The notes under the pieces were generated by a model, which ran no database searches, was not told the origin of the DNA, and saw only the letters and a list, made by a program, of their open reading frames with translations. A stretch of DNA of 64,000 nucleotides from Macrostomum lignano (Eukaryota), in contig NIVC01000384.1 in the NCBI GenBank assembly GCA_002269645.1, positions 372,001-436,000 on the forward strand, read 5' to 3'. Position numbers and translations under genes: made by a program. This document shows, piece by piece, positions 63,986 through 64,000 of the stretch (positions are counted from its first letter, which is position 1; every line of letters begins with the position of its first letter).

Positions 63986-64000
63986 CTCGCATACTCGGTG

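Overview
This is animal genomic DNA, not prokaryotic. GC-rich exons with GT-AG introns sit among many mini- and microsatellites and transposons. The repeat load and the LINE resemble the flatworm Macrostomum, but that assignment is inference. Host genes reconstructed from splice sites and reading frame: (1) a five-exon ZMYM/QRICH1-like DUF3504 gene (7310-13408, +); (2) a 7-EC protocadherin (32062-35835, probable last exon 40194-40579, +) with a 1-nt frameshift at a G-run; (3) two tandem three-exon AQP11/12-type superaquaporins (48332-50219 and 52814-54560, +); (4) an intronless secreted protein (62982-60999, -) with about 7-8 Cys-rich GCC2/GCC3-like repeats fused to a bacterial-type M15 (VanY/LdcB-like) zinc peptidase, with a 1-nt frameshift at a homopolymer. 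Gene 4 is the most interesting signal: a candidate horizontally acquired peptidoglycan-cleaving domain in an animal secreted scaffold. Mobile elements: a young Ty3/Gypsy LTR element (5-bp TSD) nested in a palindromic MITE, a CCC-terminal CACTA-like element and a hAT-type MITE each inserted into a minisatellite, a tRNA-headed SINE, a truncated LINE and a Penelope-like relic. There is no CRISPR array, rRNA or functional tRNA. All family assignments come from motif recognition by eye; no database search was run.
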